A stretch of DNA of 64,000 nt. Origin: Dehalococcoidia bacterium (lineage in GTDB: Bacteria; Chloroflexota; Dehalococcoidia; Lucifugimonadales; GCA-2712585). Both the position numbers and the translations under genes were made by a program. The notes under the pieces are model-generated. The model worked only from the letters and a program-made list of their open reading frames with translations, did not search any database and had not been told where the DNA came from. The stretch lies in contig CBDBNU010000003.1 of assembly GCA_965207845.1 (NCBI GenBank), positions 956,480 to 1,020,479 of the forward strand. Direction: 5' to 3'. Shown here piece by piece: positions 45,488 to 54,815 of this stretch (position 1 is the first letter of the stretch; each line of letters starts with the position of its first letter).

Positions 45488-46070
45488 GGTTCACCCCTGT
45501 AAAACGCAGGATACCGGAGCCGCGCCTACCACAATGGAGGACTGGAAACCCTGGACCACCGGGCACAACTTCTCAGCTTGAACACTATCGCGATTCAAGG
45601 GATCTCCTCGTTGGAGAGCCTCGAATCGGCGGGTTATTGTAAACCAATTATACAGCGTATCCTGTTTCGAGACACCTGCAGAGATTCTTCGGCCTTCGCA
45701 GGTGCAATGAATTCCACGTCCTGATGAGCGCTCTGCATCCGGTCTGTTTCCCGCAACTGCCCTGTGGATCCAATGGCTGGGAACCCGCGCAGTCGAATGG
45801 AAACAGCATCACATACCCTTACAGAACCTAACAACGGAACGACAGAAGCAGTCCTTCTCTTGCGACTTGCGGGGCGTAGTTATGCTACAATGCCGTGCCG
45901 TGGACGTTTGATGAATTGCAGGAAGCGATTCAGGCTGGGCGCCACGACGGAGGACCATTGGAAATACAACGAGGCGATGGCAGTTGCCTCTCGTAGATTA
46001 GTCGAGGCGGATCATTTCGGTACTGTCTGCTCTGGGTAGATTCATAGTCAGCTGGAATCTTCTCGTACCG

Positions 46071-47060
46071 GTGTTTGTCGCCGTGGGCGTAACGGCGGGG
46101 GCGTGGATATTTTTCAACGTGACGCCAGGCCCGCCGAAAATAGGCGTCATAAACGTACCATTTACCGTCATCAGCGAAAATTCCGCCGCGGCAATCGGGG
46201 AACTGGTCAACTACGCCCGCCGGGACGACTCCATAAAAGGCGTGGTGCTCAACCTGAACTCACCCGGCGGAACCGCTGGGGCCAGCGAGCGGCTCTACAT
46301 CGAGACCCGCAAGCTCAGGGAGGAGAAGCCGGTGGTGATTGTGGTGAACGATCTGGTCGCCAGCGGCGGGTACATGATGGCCATGGGCGCATCGTACACC
46401 TATGCTCAGTCTTCCTCCCTGGTGGGCAACGTGGGCGTTATCTCGACGGTGGGACCGCTGGTTCCGGACCTCCCCGAAGAGTCAATGGTTATCAGCAGCC
46501 CCTACAAGGCCTCAGGGTTTACGCGTCGGGACAGGATGGCGACGGTAGACATGCTGAAGACTTCTTTCGGCCAGATGGTGGTGAGCGAGCGGGGCGACAG
46601 GCTGCGCATTTCCAGGGAAGAGCTGGTGGAGGGACGCGTATATCCCGGCATGACGGCTGTGAGGCTGGGCCTGGTCGACGAAATTGGCGGGGAAAGCGAC
46701 GCCATCGAAAAAGTCGCCGAACTGGCCGGGATCTCCAACTATGAATTCGTGGACGTGAACCTGGAGGTCCTGCGGGAACAGCTGGCAGCCCTGCAGCGTA
46801 TTCTGCCCTCCCTGGGCCAACAGGACGGCGACGGTTCCGGTCTCGCGGATGTCCTTGCGCTGGTAGCGCAGGACTTCGACGAGGATGGCGCGGATACGTC
46901 CGGCGGCGGCGCGGGCAACACCATCGCCGCCCTCCAGGCACTTCGTGCCATGATGCTGAGCGGGAACATTATGGTGGACGGGGAAGATCCTTTGCCAAAC
47001 TTCCCCGTGGACATAAACCGCCCGAATATGTACTACCTGTACGTGGGACATGGTCAGTAG
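46071..47060 (+). CDS. sppA: signal peptide peptidase SppA (S49 family, 36K type)
   Basis: ..VVLNLNSPGGTAGASE...NDLVASGGYMMAMGAS.. catalytic-Ser region. GTG start. Confidence 0.8.
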   Translation: MFVAVGVTAGAWIFFNVTPGPPKIGVINVPFTVISENSAAAIGELVNYARRDDSIKGVVLNLNSPGGTAGASERLYIETRKLREEKPVVIVVNDLVASGGYMMAMGASYTYAQSSSLVGNVGVISTVGPLVPDLPEESMVISSPYKASGFTRRDRMATVDMLKTSFGQMVVSERGDRLRISREELVEGRVYPGMTAVRLGLVDEIGGESDAIEKVAELAGISNYEFVDVNLEVLREQLAALQRILPSLGQQDGDGSGLADVLALVAQDFDEDGADTSGGGAGNTIAALQALRAMMLSGNIMVDGEDPLPNFPVDINRPNMYYLYVGHGQ

Positions 47061-48363
47061 ACTGCTGTTGCTGGGCCTGCTGCCCATCGCCGGCATTGCG
47101 ACCTTTGCCGGGCTCTTTTTCTTTTATTACCGCGGAAACTATACGCCTCCCCCATCTGTGGATATTCCGTTTGAACAGATAACTGCTCCCGGTGTTGTTC
47201 CTTCGCCCGCAACGGACGTGGGCGGATTCCAGTCTGAGGGCGGGCTTCTTATAATTGACGCCCTACACGACAACTTTTTCATGGAGAGCGAGATAGTCAC
47301 CCTCACTTCATGGGTCTCGAACCGAGGCTACGACGTGGAGATTCTCGGCGAGGACTCCGTGGAGAGGGGATCTTCCAGGCTAAGTTTGCTGGAGGAAAGG
47401 CTAAAGCGGGCAGACAGTCTTCTGGTCATGCTGCCCCAAGAGCCATATTCGGATGCCGAGGCAAGGGTGGTGGAGAGATTCGTTGGCAAGGGGGGCAAGC
47501 TGCTGCTCGTATCCGACCCTACCCGTCCAAACGCGGTGAATGGCCTGGCGCAGAGATTCGGCCTCGAGTTTCGGTCCGACTATCTTTACAACACGGTGGA
47601 ATACGACCAGAACTTCCGCCATATATTCGTCAGGGATTTTCAGCCGGATGCCCTCACGAACGGGCTGGACACCATCGCCTTCTACGTCGCGAGCTCCGTG
47701 CGCTCCTCCGGGCCCGGGCTGGCGGTCACCGACGCGAATACGCAGTCCTCGCTGATTGAAGCCGGGCGGAATTTCTCTCCAATTGCCTGGGGCGACCGCC
47801 GGAACGTGCTCGCAATCGGCGACTTCACATTCATGGTGCCGCCTTACAACTCCCTGTTGGACAACGACAAACTGTTGTCTAACCTGACTGACTACCTGAC
47901 GGATAGCCAGAGAAGTTTCGAACTGGCAGACTTTCCCTATTTCTTCGCTGGCGATGGTGGGGAGAGCATCGATATCCTGCTGGGGCGGGACGACCTATGG
48001 GACAATGGAGTGCTGATGAGAAGCGTTCTATCCACGGTTGGAGTTACTGCCGGAATCAGCGCGGATGAGAACCTCAGCCGGGATACGGTGTTCCTGGGCC
48101 TGTTTGAGGACGCGGCTCAGGTGGAACGATATTTGCAAACTGTTGGGGTCACAATTGATGGAGCCATACGCCTTCCCTCCGGCCTGGAATTGGAGAGAAG
48201 AGGTACGTCGATAACGCTCCTGCACGGGGATGAAGACCGCCACGTCCTGGTGCTATTGGCTGACACTGCAAGATCGCTGTCCTCAGCGGTGGATGCCCTG
48301 CTTGGCGGCAATTTCAGGGAAGACCTTGTGAACGATTTTGTGGGGGTGCGCAGCAGGCCATGA
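47050..48363 (+). CDS. hypothetical membrane-anchored protein (DUF4350-like?)
   Basis: N-terminal TM segment. It overlaps sppA by 11 nt. The family assignment is only a weak recollection. Confidence 0.5.
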   Translation: MVSRLLLLGLLPIAGIATFAGLFFFYYRGNYTPPPSVDIPFEQITAPGVVPSPATDVGGFQSEGGLLIIDALHDNFFMESEIVTLTSWVSNRGYDVEILGEDSVERGSSRLSLLEERLKRADSLLVMLPQEPYSDAEARVVERFVGKGGKLLLVSDPTRPNAVNGLAQRFGLEFRSDYLYNTVEYDQNFRHIFVRDFQPDALTNGLDTIAFYVASSVRSSGPGLAVTDANTQSSLIEAGRNFSPIAWGDRRNVLAIGDFTFMVPPYNSLLDNDKLLSNLTDYLTDSQRSFELADFPYFFAGDGGESIDILLGRDDLWDNGVLMRSVLSTVGVTAGISADENLSRDTVFLGLFEDAAQVERYLQTVGVTIDGAIRLPSGLELERRGTSITLLHGDEDRHVLVLLADTARSLSSAVDALLGGNFREDLVNDFVGVRSRP

Positions 48364-49787
48364 TGTCAAGAATTATTATCTATCCATTGCTCTGCGCAGT
48401 CATGCTTCTGCCTGCCCTGGCCTTGGCTTGTCGTGGGGACGACGGACCCGAATCCGTGCCCGTAACCTTGCCTACGGCCCTTCCGACGGAATCCGCGAGG
48501 CCGCTTTCGGCCTCGGATTTGATGCAGTTGGAAGAGTTTGCCACCCAGCAGCAGGCTATTGACCAGGACTGGGACAGGTTCCACCGTGAATTCGACGCCT
48601 GGCGCAACGGACTGACGGCCTGCACCAGGAGTTCCGTGGAAGAGGCGCTGCAGGGATTCGCCGTGGGATTCGGCGACGTAACCGCGCAGGCGAGGAATTT
48701 GCCGAGGTCCGACGATGAGACAAGGGACCTGGCGGACATGCTGATTGCCGCCGCAGAGGCCGAAGAGACCGCGTACCGTCAGCTGCGAGACGAATGGCAG
48801 CCCGATGCCCTGTCGTTGTTCGAGTTGGTGGAGGAGAATCGTGCCGACTCTGCGCGTGCCCACCGTATGGTGGAAGACGAAGCAGAGGACCTGCTTGACG
48901 GGCTCGAGGATGCCGCAGATCCGGTAGAGATCCGCAACGTCGAAGAGATATCCGTCGCCCTAGCCGAAGTCACATCGGAGTGGAGACGGTTTAACGACGA
49001 ATTTGACGTGCTGCTGCAGGTAATGGACGATCTGGAGGATGCTGCCCTGCTCTCACGCGTGAAAGGTCTGGTCGATGCCTTCGATGCTATTCTGGAGGAC
49101 GTGAACGCGCTGGCCGATTCGGACGCCCTGGGGGACAAGATAGAGAACCTAAAGCGGGCTGCCCATGCGGAGTCGGCGGCCCTACTAAGCTTGCATGACG
49201 CTATTTCTGTGGGAACCCCGTCGGAACCCGAAAAGGGGCCACCGCCAATCCCCACCGCCACCAGTGCGCCCAAGCGATCCATAGAGGCCCACCTCGAGGC
49301 GATGAATGGGGCCATCGGGGAGGCGGAATCGATGTTTACCGACGTAGACCAGGGCGTGAGAGACATCATTGACGGCAGGGCGACCGAGCGTATCGAACAC
49401 GTCCATGCCTTTCTCCTGGAATATGAGACGCTTCTCCTCGGGTGGGGCCAATTCCACCAGGGATACAACCAGTGGCGGAGCACCAATGGCGGCTGCGACG
49501 AGGGAGCAGTGCTTGATAAGCTGGCCCAATTCAGGACCCAGATATCGGAGGTTGGGCATCGGACCCGTGACCTTCCCCAGTCCGGATACCTTCTGCCAGC
49601 ATACGGCCTGCTCGTTGAAGCAGCGGACAAGGAAGAAGGGGCAATCCGCGCGTTGCAGAACACGTGGAGGCCCTACACCGTGGACGCTTTCGTAGCCGTA
49701 GACAGGGAGAGGAGCAACGCCACCGGTCTCCGTCGTGAGGCGGACACAGCCGTTCAGGAGCTCCGAAGCCGCGCCGCCGGCCCTTAG
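48360..49787 (+). CDS. hypothetical helical lipoprotein with internal domain repeat
   Basis: Lipobox LALAC. The W..F..(E/G)(F/Y)..WR...(G/T).C motif occurs near both the N- and C-terminal parts. ATGA overlap with the upstream gene. Confidence 0.55.
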   Translation: MMSRIIIYPLLCAVMLLPALALACRGDDGPESVPVTLPTALPTESARPLSASDLMQLEEFATQQQAIDQDWDRFHREFDAWRNGLTACTRSSVEEALQGFAVGFGDVTAQARNLPRSDDETRDLADMLIAAAEAEETAYRQLRDEWQPDALSLFELVEENRADSARAHRMVEDEAEDLLDGLEDAADPVEIRNVEEISVALAEVTSEWRRFNDEFDVLLQVMDDLEDAALLSRVKGLVDAFDAILEDVNALADSDALGDKIENLKRAAHAESAALLSLHDAISVGTPSEPEKGPPPIPTATSAPKRSIEAHLEAMNGAIGEAESMFTDVDQGVRDIIDGRATERIEHVHAFLLEYETLLLGWGQFHQGYNQWRSTNGGCDEGAVLDKLAQFRTQISEVGHRTRDLPQSGYLLPAYGLLVEAADKEEGAIRALQNTWRPYTVDAFVAVDRERSNATGLRREADTAVQELRSRAAGP

Positions 49788-50271
49788 CTCAGTCTGACGC
49801 CAACCAGGCGGTGATCTTATAGCCGGAGGCCGTCGGGCCAGCATCACCGGATGGATTGGGTATTGGGCGGCTGCCAACCTCGCTGGGCCGCAACTGTTTC
49901 CTGCTTGACCGCATGCTCCATCGCAACTCCTGACCGGCGACTTGCTGCGCCCGTGCCTCCAGGGTGGAGCATCAGCTTCCGCTATGGTTGCAGTAGCTAA
50001 AACGGCGGGGGCATGTTGATATTCCACTTAAAAATTGACTGCAATTAGGTATCGGTATTGTTTACGTAATGTATATCATCTAGTTGCCCGGCATTACATA
50101 ACCCACTTGGACGACGATACGTTTGCTTCCTTTGAAACGGTGTCCGGAAAAGTTGAACAAAAAAAGCGTCGGACTTCCGGTACTGAGCGCGGCCTCAGGA
50201 AGTGAGGAACCAAGAGACGAGGGACCATTGGTGGAGCAAGTCAAAAATACGCCAGACTGTGTGGAAGAGTA

Positions 50272-51363
50272 GTGAGGCTTCTCCTTGTCATAGCCATTGC
50301 CGGATTCTTGACCGCATTCGCGGTGAGCGTTGCTTTGGGGCATGACAGGAATGATTGTGGCGGGACTACCCAAGAGGACGTGAATAATGGCCCAGCAGGC
50401 CGATACTGGCTGTACGTAGAGACTTCCCACGATAATCTGTTTGTCAGGGCGGGGAGCAGCGTTTCCAGCATTTCGACCAGCAAGGTGTCATCCGGTATTT
50501 TCGACTACAATGGCATCGAGATTAGAGTACCCAACAGCAATGTATACAGGATAAGCTACACGACGACGGGAAGAGGCGCCGTAGTCTTAATATGCTTTGA
50601 GGATGACCTGGGCTTGTGGGCCCCACTCCCGCAGGGGGGGACACGATCCCCGCCGCCGCCCCCGCCCCCTCCTCCCCGTGTAGAAGAACAGCAAGCGCCT
50701 ACGCCCAGGCCCACTCGGGAGTCCACGCCTACTCCAAAGCCGACGCCCTCTCCGACGGCCACGCCTACGCCGACGCCCCGTCCTACGGCGGAAGCGACGC
50801 CCCGACCCACTCGTCAATCCACTCCGAGGCCCACCCGGGAGTCTACGCCTACGCCGGTACCCACTCCAGAGCCTACTCCGGAGCCTACGCCCACGCCTAC
50901 GCCCGAACCCACGCCAACCCCCACGCCGGAACCCACCCCCACCCCTACGCCGGTACCGACTCCGACGCCTACTCCCGAACCCACGCCTACTCCAACGCCG
51001 GAGCCCACGCCCACTCCCACCCCGGAGCCCACACCGACACCCACGGCTGCGCCGACGCCTACTCCTGCGCCGACGCTCATTGCTCCGCCTAATATCGTGC
51101 CTTCAGCTTCAGAGGCACTAGAGGTTGCCGTAGCAGCTCTTCCTACTCCGCTGCCAACGTCGATTGAGGAAGTGCAGCCCGAGCTTCTTGAGTTGGAGGA
51201 GCCACCAATACCGATAATCGGCGCCCCGGTGGAGCGGGTGCGAAACACCCTGAGCGGTATTGCGTCCAGCCCGAGAAAGCGGATGACGCTGATCATCATC
51301 CAGGCCTTCACGATACTCTTCGCTCTTTCGGTGTTCGGATATCTGGTATTGCGCCGACGCTAG
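50272..51363 (+). CDS. hypothetical secreted protein with about 140-aa (T/E)P-repeat linker and C-terminal TM plus RRR anchor
   Basis: Signal peptide, small N-terminal domain and a [10 protein letters not shown] tandem low-complexity region. The C-terminus is ...[15 protein letters not shown]. Confidence 0.55.
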   Translation: MRLLLVIAIAGFLTAFAVSVALGHDRNDCGGTTQEDVNNGPAGRYWLYVETSHDNLFVRAGSSVSSISTSKVSSGIFDYNGIEIRVPNSNVYRISYTTTGRGAVVLICFEDDLGLWAPLPQGGTRSPPPPPPPPPRVEEQQAPTPRPTRESTPTPKPTPSPTATPTPTPRPTAEATPRPTRQSTPRPTRESTPTPVPTPEPTPEPTPTPTPEPTPTPTPEPTPTPTPVPTPTPTPEPTPTPTPEPTPTPTPEPTPTPTAAPTPTPAPTLIAPPNIVPSASEALEVAVAALPTPLPTSIEEVQPELLELEEPPIPIIGAPVERVRNTLSGIASSPRKRMTLIIIQAFTILFALSVFGYLVLRRR

Positions 51364-51436
51364 ACTTTGAGGCCCGGCGGGCTCAAGGTGGGGAATTCTG
51401 CCTACGGGCCCCGGAGGGACTCCTCAAGGCCGTTCC

Positions 51437-53335
51437 CTATGCGGCGGCGGGTACGAGGGCTGTCGGGAGGCTCATGACAAGCTCGGCGTACTCCCCGTAG
51501 ACCGTTTCAACAGAGAGGTCGCCGCCCAGCCTGCGGGCCACGTCCGCGGCCACCGGCAGTCCCAACCCGGCGCCCTCCGAACCGCTGCGAGTGGAGAAGA
51601 AGGGGTTGAATATTTGGCCGACAACGTCGTCAGCGATGCCGGGGCCGTTGTCCCGGATTCGAATGGTAACAGCGTCGTTCTCCCTGAGGGAAGAAACTGC
51701 CAGCATAGGCTCGTAGCCTTCTTCCGATTCAAGCAATTTGCCGCGCATTGCATAGCAGGCGTTGGAGACGAGGTTTACGATGGCGTCGCCGAAATCACCC
51801 TCGACCAACATCAATTCGCCGACGGACGAATCCAGGTCGAATTCGGTCTTCATGGAGAAGTCCGGCCAGGTCCCCGTGAAGGTGTTATAGCCTGAGACCA
51901 CGGCGTTCCTCAGGACCGAGTTCAGGTCGGTGAGCACGGGTTCACCACCCACAAGTCCCAAGCCCTGCATGCGTTCCACGATGGCCAGAGCGCGACCGCC
52001 ATTGGTAAGCACGCGATTGAGGCTGCTGGTCAAGTCCTGGCTGATCTCGTCCAGCAATGCGCTGTCGTCGGTGGACATCCTGCTCTTGTAGATATCCAGC
52101 ATCTCGGCCAATTCGTCGTAAAGGTCCAGGGAACCCTCGGTGAAGTTCTTGACGAAGTTCAACGGGTTGCTAATCTCGTGGGCCACGCCGGACACCAACT
52201 CGCCGAGGGCGGCCAGCTTCTCCTGGGCGACCAGACGTGCCTGGGCCTGCTTCAGTTCATCGTTGGTAACTCGCAGCTCCTCGTAAAGCTGTTCGACCAG
52301 GTTCAGGCGTTGCACCTCCAGGGCATTTTGCCTGAACACCTCCAGAGCGTTGGCCAACTCGCCAATCTCGTCCTGGCCTATTTCGGGCACCGGGGTCTCC
52401 AGATCGCCATCGGCCATGCCTCGCATGCGGTCGGACATGCGGGAGAGCCGGCGCACCATGCCATTGCCCACCCAAACCCAGGCAGCGATGGTGGCTACAA
52501 TGACGCTGATAACACTGATGCCCGTTAGCAGAGTCCTGCCTTCGTCGAAGCTGCTTACTGCCATTGCCAGGTTCTCCGAAGAGTTGGCCCTGGCCGAAGT
52601 CAGAAGACCGGCTACGGTGCCCTCCAGCTGTGTGCTGGCGGCATCGAAATTCCCCGTTAGTTCCCTCAGATTCGATAGGAGCAGCAGCTGACGGCCCCGA
52701 ACGAAGAAGGCCCCTTCGCCTTCACCGAGGGACCTTACTTCCGGCTCAACACCAACTGCCAGACTTGAGAATTGGCTCCAGAGAACCTGGAGGTCAGCGT
52801 CGCTCTCCGCCAGCCACACCTGCCGCAGCACCGCGAGGACCGCCCGTGACTCGGCGGAGTCCACAGAAAGTGTCGAGGCGCGCGCCTGGAGTTCGGCGGC
52901 GTTGGCGTTTGCCTCCACAAGCGAGTCTCTATTGGCGTCGAGATTGTCGATAACCTGTACCAATTCGTTTGCCGAATCGTTCACCGCTTGCGCGTCACCA
53001 GCGAGCGACGAGACGCCTCCGACAACGTTCAGGGCGTTTCCGAGCCGTTCCAGCGTGTCCGTAACGGTCTCAGACTGAAATTCCTGGGCTTCGGCGCCCG
53101 GGTCTGCCATCAGTCCCAACGCCAGCACCCTAAGCCGCTCAGACTCTCTGGCAGCCTCCCAGGAGGCTTCCAGCGCGGGCACAGACTCCGATTCAAGCTC
53201 GTAGTTCAGGTCGCCGCTCTGCTCAAAGTAGAAGACTGCCGTAGCTCCTGAAACGAGGGTGAGAAGCACCGCGACGCCCAGGGCGATATAGAGGCGGACT
53301 CCGATTCGTCGCCATCTATCCATCAAGAAGCGCAT
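51437..53335 (-). CDS. sensor histidine kinase (TM-sensor-TM-HAMP-HisKA-HATPase)
   Basis: H-box VSGVAHEISNPLN, N/G boxes (NLVSNA, DNGPGI, GAGLGL) and a HAMP region. Start set at ATG 53335, 9 nt after GGGAGGG. Confidence 0.85.
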   Translation of the reverse strand: MRFLMDRWRRIGVRLYIALGVAVLLTLVSGATAVFYFEQSGDLNYELESESVPALEASWEAARESERLRVLALGLMADPGAEAQEFQSETVTDTLERLGNALNVVGGVSSLAGDAQAVNDSANELVQVIDNLDANRDSLVEANANAAELQARASTLSVDSAESRAVLAVLRQVWLAESDADLQVLWSQFSSLAVGVEPEVRSLGEGEGAFFVRGRQLLLLSNLRELTGNFDAASTQLEGTVAGLLTSARANSSENLAMAVSSFDEGRTLLTGISVISVIVATIAAWVWVGNGMVRRLSRMSDRMRGMADGDLETPVPEIGQDEIGELANALEVFRQNALEVQRLNLVEQLYEELRVTNDELKQAQARLVAQEKLAALGELVSGVAHEISNPLNFVKNFTEGSLDLYDELAEMLDIYKSRMSTDDSALLDEISQDLTSSLNRVLTNGGRALAIVERMQGLGLVGGEPVLTDLNSVLRNAVVSGYNTFTGTWPDFSMKTEFDLDSSVGELMLVEGDFGDAIVNLVSNACYAMRGKLLESEEGYEPMLAVSSLRENDAVTIRIRDNGPGIADDVVGQIFNPFFSTRSGSEGAGLGLPVAADVARRLGGDLSVETVYGEYAELVMSLPTALVPAAA

Positions 53336-53706
53336 GTGCAATAGCCCTCCCATGGCCGTTGGAGGCAGGCAAGCGATACTGTGTCAGCTTGTCTCTGATG
53401 TAGAGTATCACAATTGTGAAACCGCTTAATCAAGTAGTCAGACGCTCTTAGTTACCGTAAATGAGAAGTAGGCAATGCCGTCTCGACAACGATTTTCAGG
53501 CCCTGCTTGGTCCGGTTATTGTTGGGGACGTATCCGGCAAGTCCGAAGGTTGAATCGAGTGTCAGGGCGGAAAGAGACGCTAATTCGTAGGTCAAGCCAA
53601 TTGAACGTCGAAATGGGCCTATCTTAGAATCAAGCTTAGTCCCTTGCGCCAGCAACCCGCCGCCAGCGTCCCGAGCCGAGAATTCATTCAATAGGTAGCG
53701 CCATAC

Positions 53707-54534
53707 ATGGACATAAACAGTATCGTAGACTCCGCATTCCTCAATGGTCTGAGCTTAGAGGCCGGTATCGACCTCGTTTTGCCCGTCGTCTTCTATGTTC
53801 TGGGCATGGTCGCTTACACTGTTTTCATCTTCAAGTTCTACCGGTTCATCGCCTCCAGGGACATGTTCGCATTGGATCTTTCCAGCTACGAGCAGTCTCG
53901 CTATGTGTGGGTGCGGCGATTTCTCCACATGGTCATGTACGTGGCAAAGTACCTCATTGTGTTTCCAGCCTTCGCCTTCTTCTGGTTCGCCGTTCTCACC
54001 TTCATTCTTGCGCTGCTGTCAAAGGAACGGCCAATTTCCGAGATCTTGATCATTGCTCTGGCCACGGTTGGAGTGATCCGGGTTGCCAGCTACTACAGCG
54101 AGGAGCTGTCCCGCGACGTTGCCAAGATCCTGCCATTTGCGGTACTGGGACTCTTTCTGATAGATGCCTCATTCTTCGAGGTCGGAAAGTCGTTGAATGT
54201 GCTGAGAGGGGCTGACGACTACCGGGAGAGCATTCTCTACTACATGTTGTTCATCATTGCGCTGGAGTTCACAATGAGGACTCTGTTGGGTGTGGTGAGC
54301 CTTTTCCTTCGATGGAAGGGAACCCCCATGAGAGGAGCAGCACCGCCCGACGAGACTGGGGACTCCGCCTCTGCTACGGTGGAATGGCCGGATTGGGAGG
54401 AAGACGTGGGGAACAGCCACACCGCCAGCACCCTGGAGCAGGCGACCGAAGCCTCCCCGGCTAAGGAGAATGTCGCGGAGAGGCGCGAGGACGAAGAAGA
54501 GAAAAGCGCGCCCACCGTTCCTCAGACTTCGTAG
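53707..54534 (+). CDS. hypothetical polytopic membrane protein with acidic C-terminal tail
   Basis: 275 aa with about 6 TM helices. No family recognised. Confidence 0.5.
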   Translation: MDINSIVDSAFLNGLSLEAGIDLVLPVVFYVLGMVAYTVFIFKFYRFIASRDMFALDLSSYEQSRYVWVRRFLHMVMYVAKYLIVFPAFAFFWFAVLTFILALLSKERPISEILIIALATVGVIRVASYYSEELSRDVAKILPFAVLGLFLIDASFFEVGKSLNVLRGADDYRESILYYMLFIIALEFTMRTLLGVVSLFLRWKGTPMRGAAPPDETGDSASATVEWPDWEEDVGNSHTASTLEQATEASPAKENVAERREDEEEKSAPTVPQTS

Positions 54535-54815
54535 TCGTTTCGGTCCGCCGGTTACCTTCGTTCCAGTCCTGCGTCTTGGGTTGGGCGAATCTTGTGATTC
54601 CTTGCTTGTATCGACTAGTTTTGTGTTTGCGGTGGGTCAGTTGTTTCTCCCGTGGGGCAGGCGCGCCAGCAATTCGTCCAAATTTTCAAGGAATTTGACA
54701 TGGTTGGCAGCTTAGGCTTACTATCCCGACGCCAAACAAGCTCTTTTCCGGGCTACTCGTGCGTTTTGTGACGATTGTCCCGACCCGAATTCACATCATC
54801 CAGGGAGGCGTAGAA

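Noticed and set aside
45721-45800. CUGAUGAG (45721..45728) with a GAAAC about 75 nt downstream, as a possible hammerhead ribozyme.
   Set aside because: No stem II immediately closing onto a GAAA box, and no plausible stems I or III. The spacing and pairing do not fit the hammerhead core.
50640-51070. Regular short nucleotide repeats (also 22540..22720, 41160..41520 and 61740..62000) as a possible CRISPR array.
   Set aside because: The repeats are contiguous, without unique spacers. They are in frame inside ORFs and encode Pro/Thr linkers.
53452-53691. 79-aa minus-strand ORF in the kinase/membrane-protein intergenic region with a beta-strand-like alternating pattern.
   Set aside because: No start context, no recognisable family, and low-complexity composition. 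There is not enough support to call it a gene.
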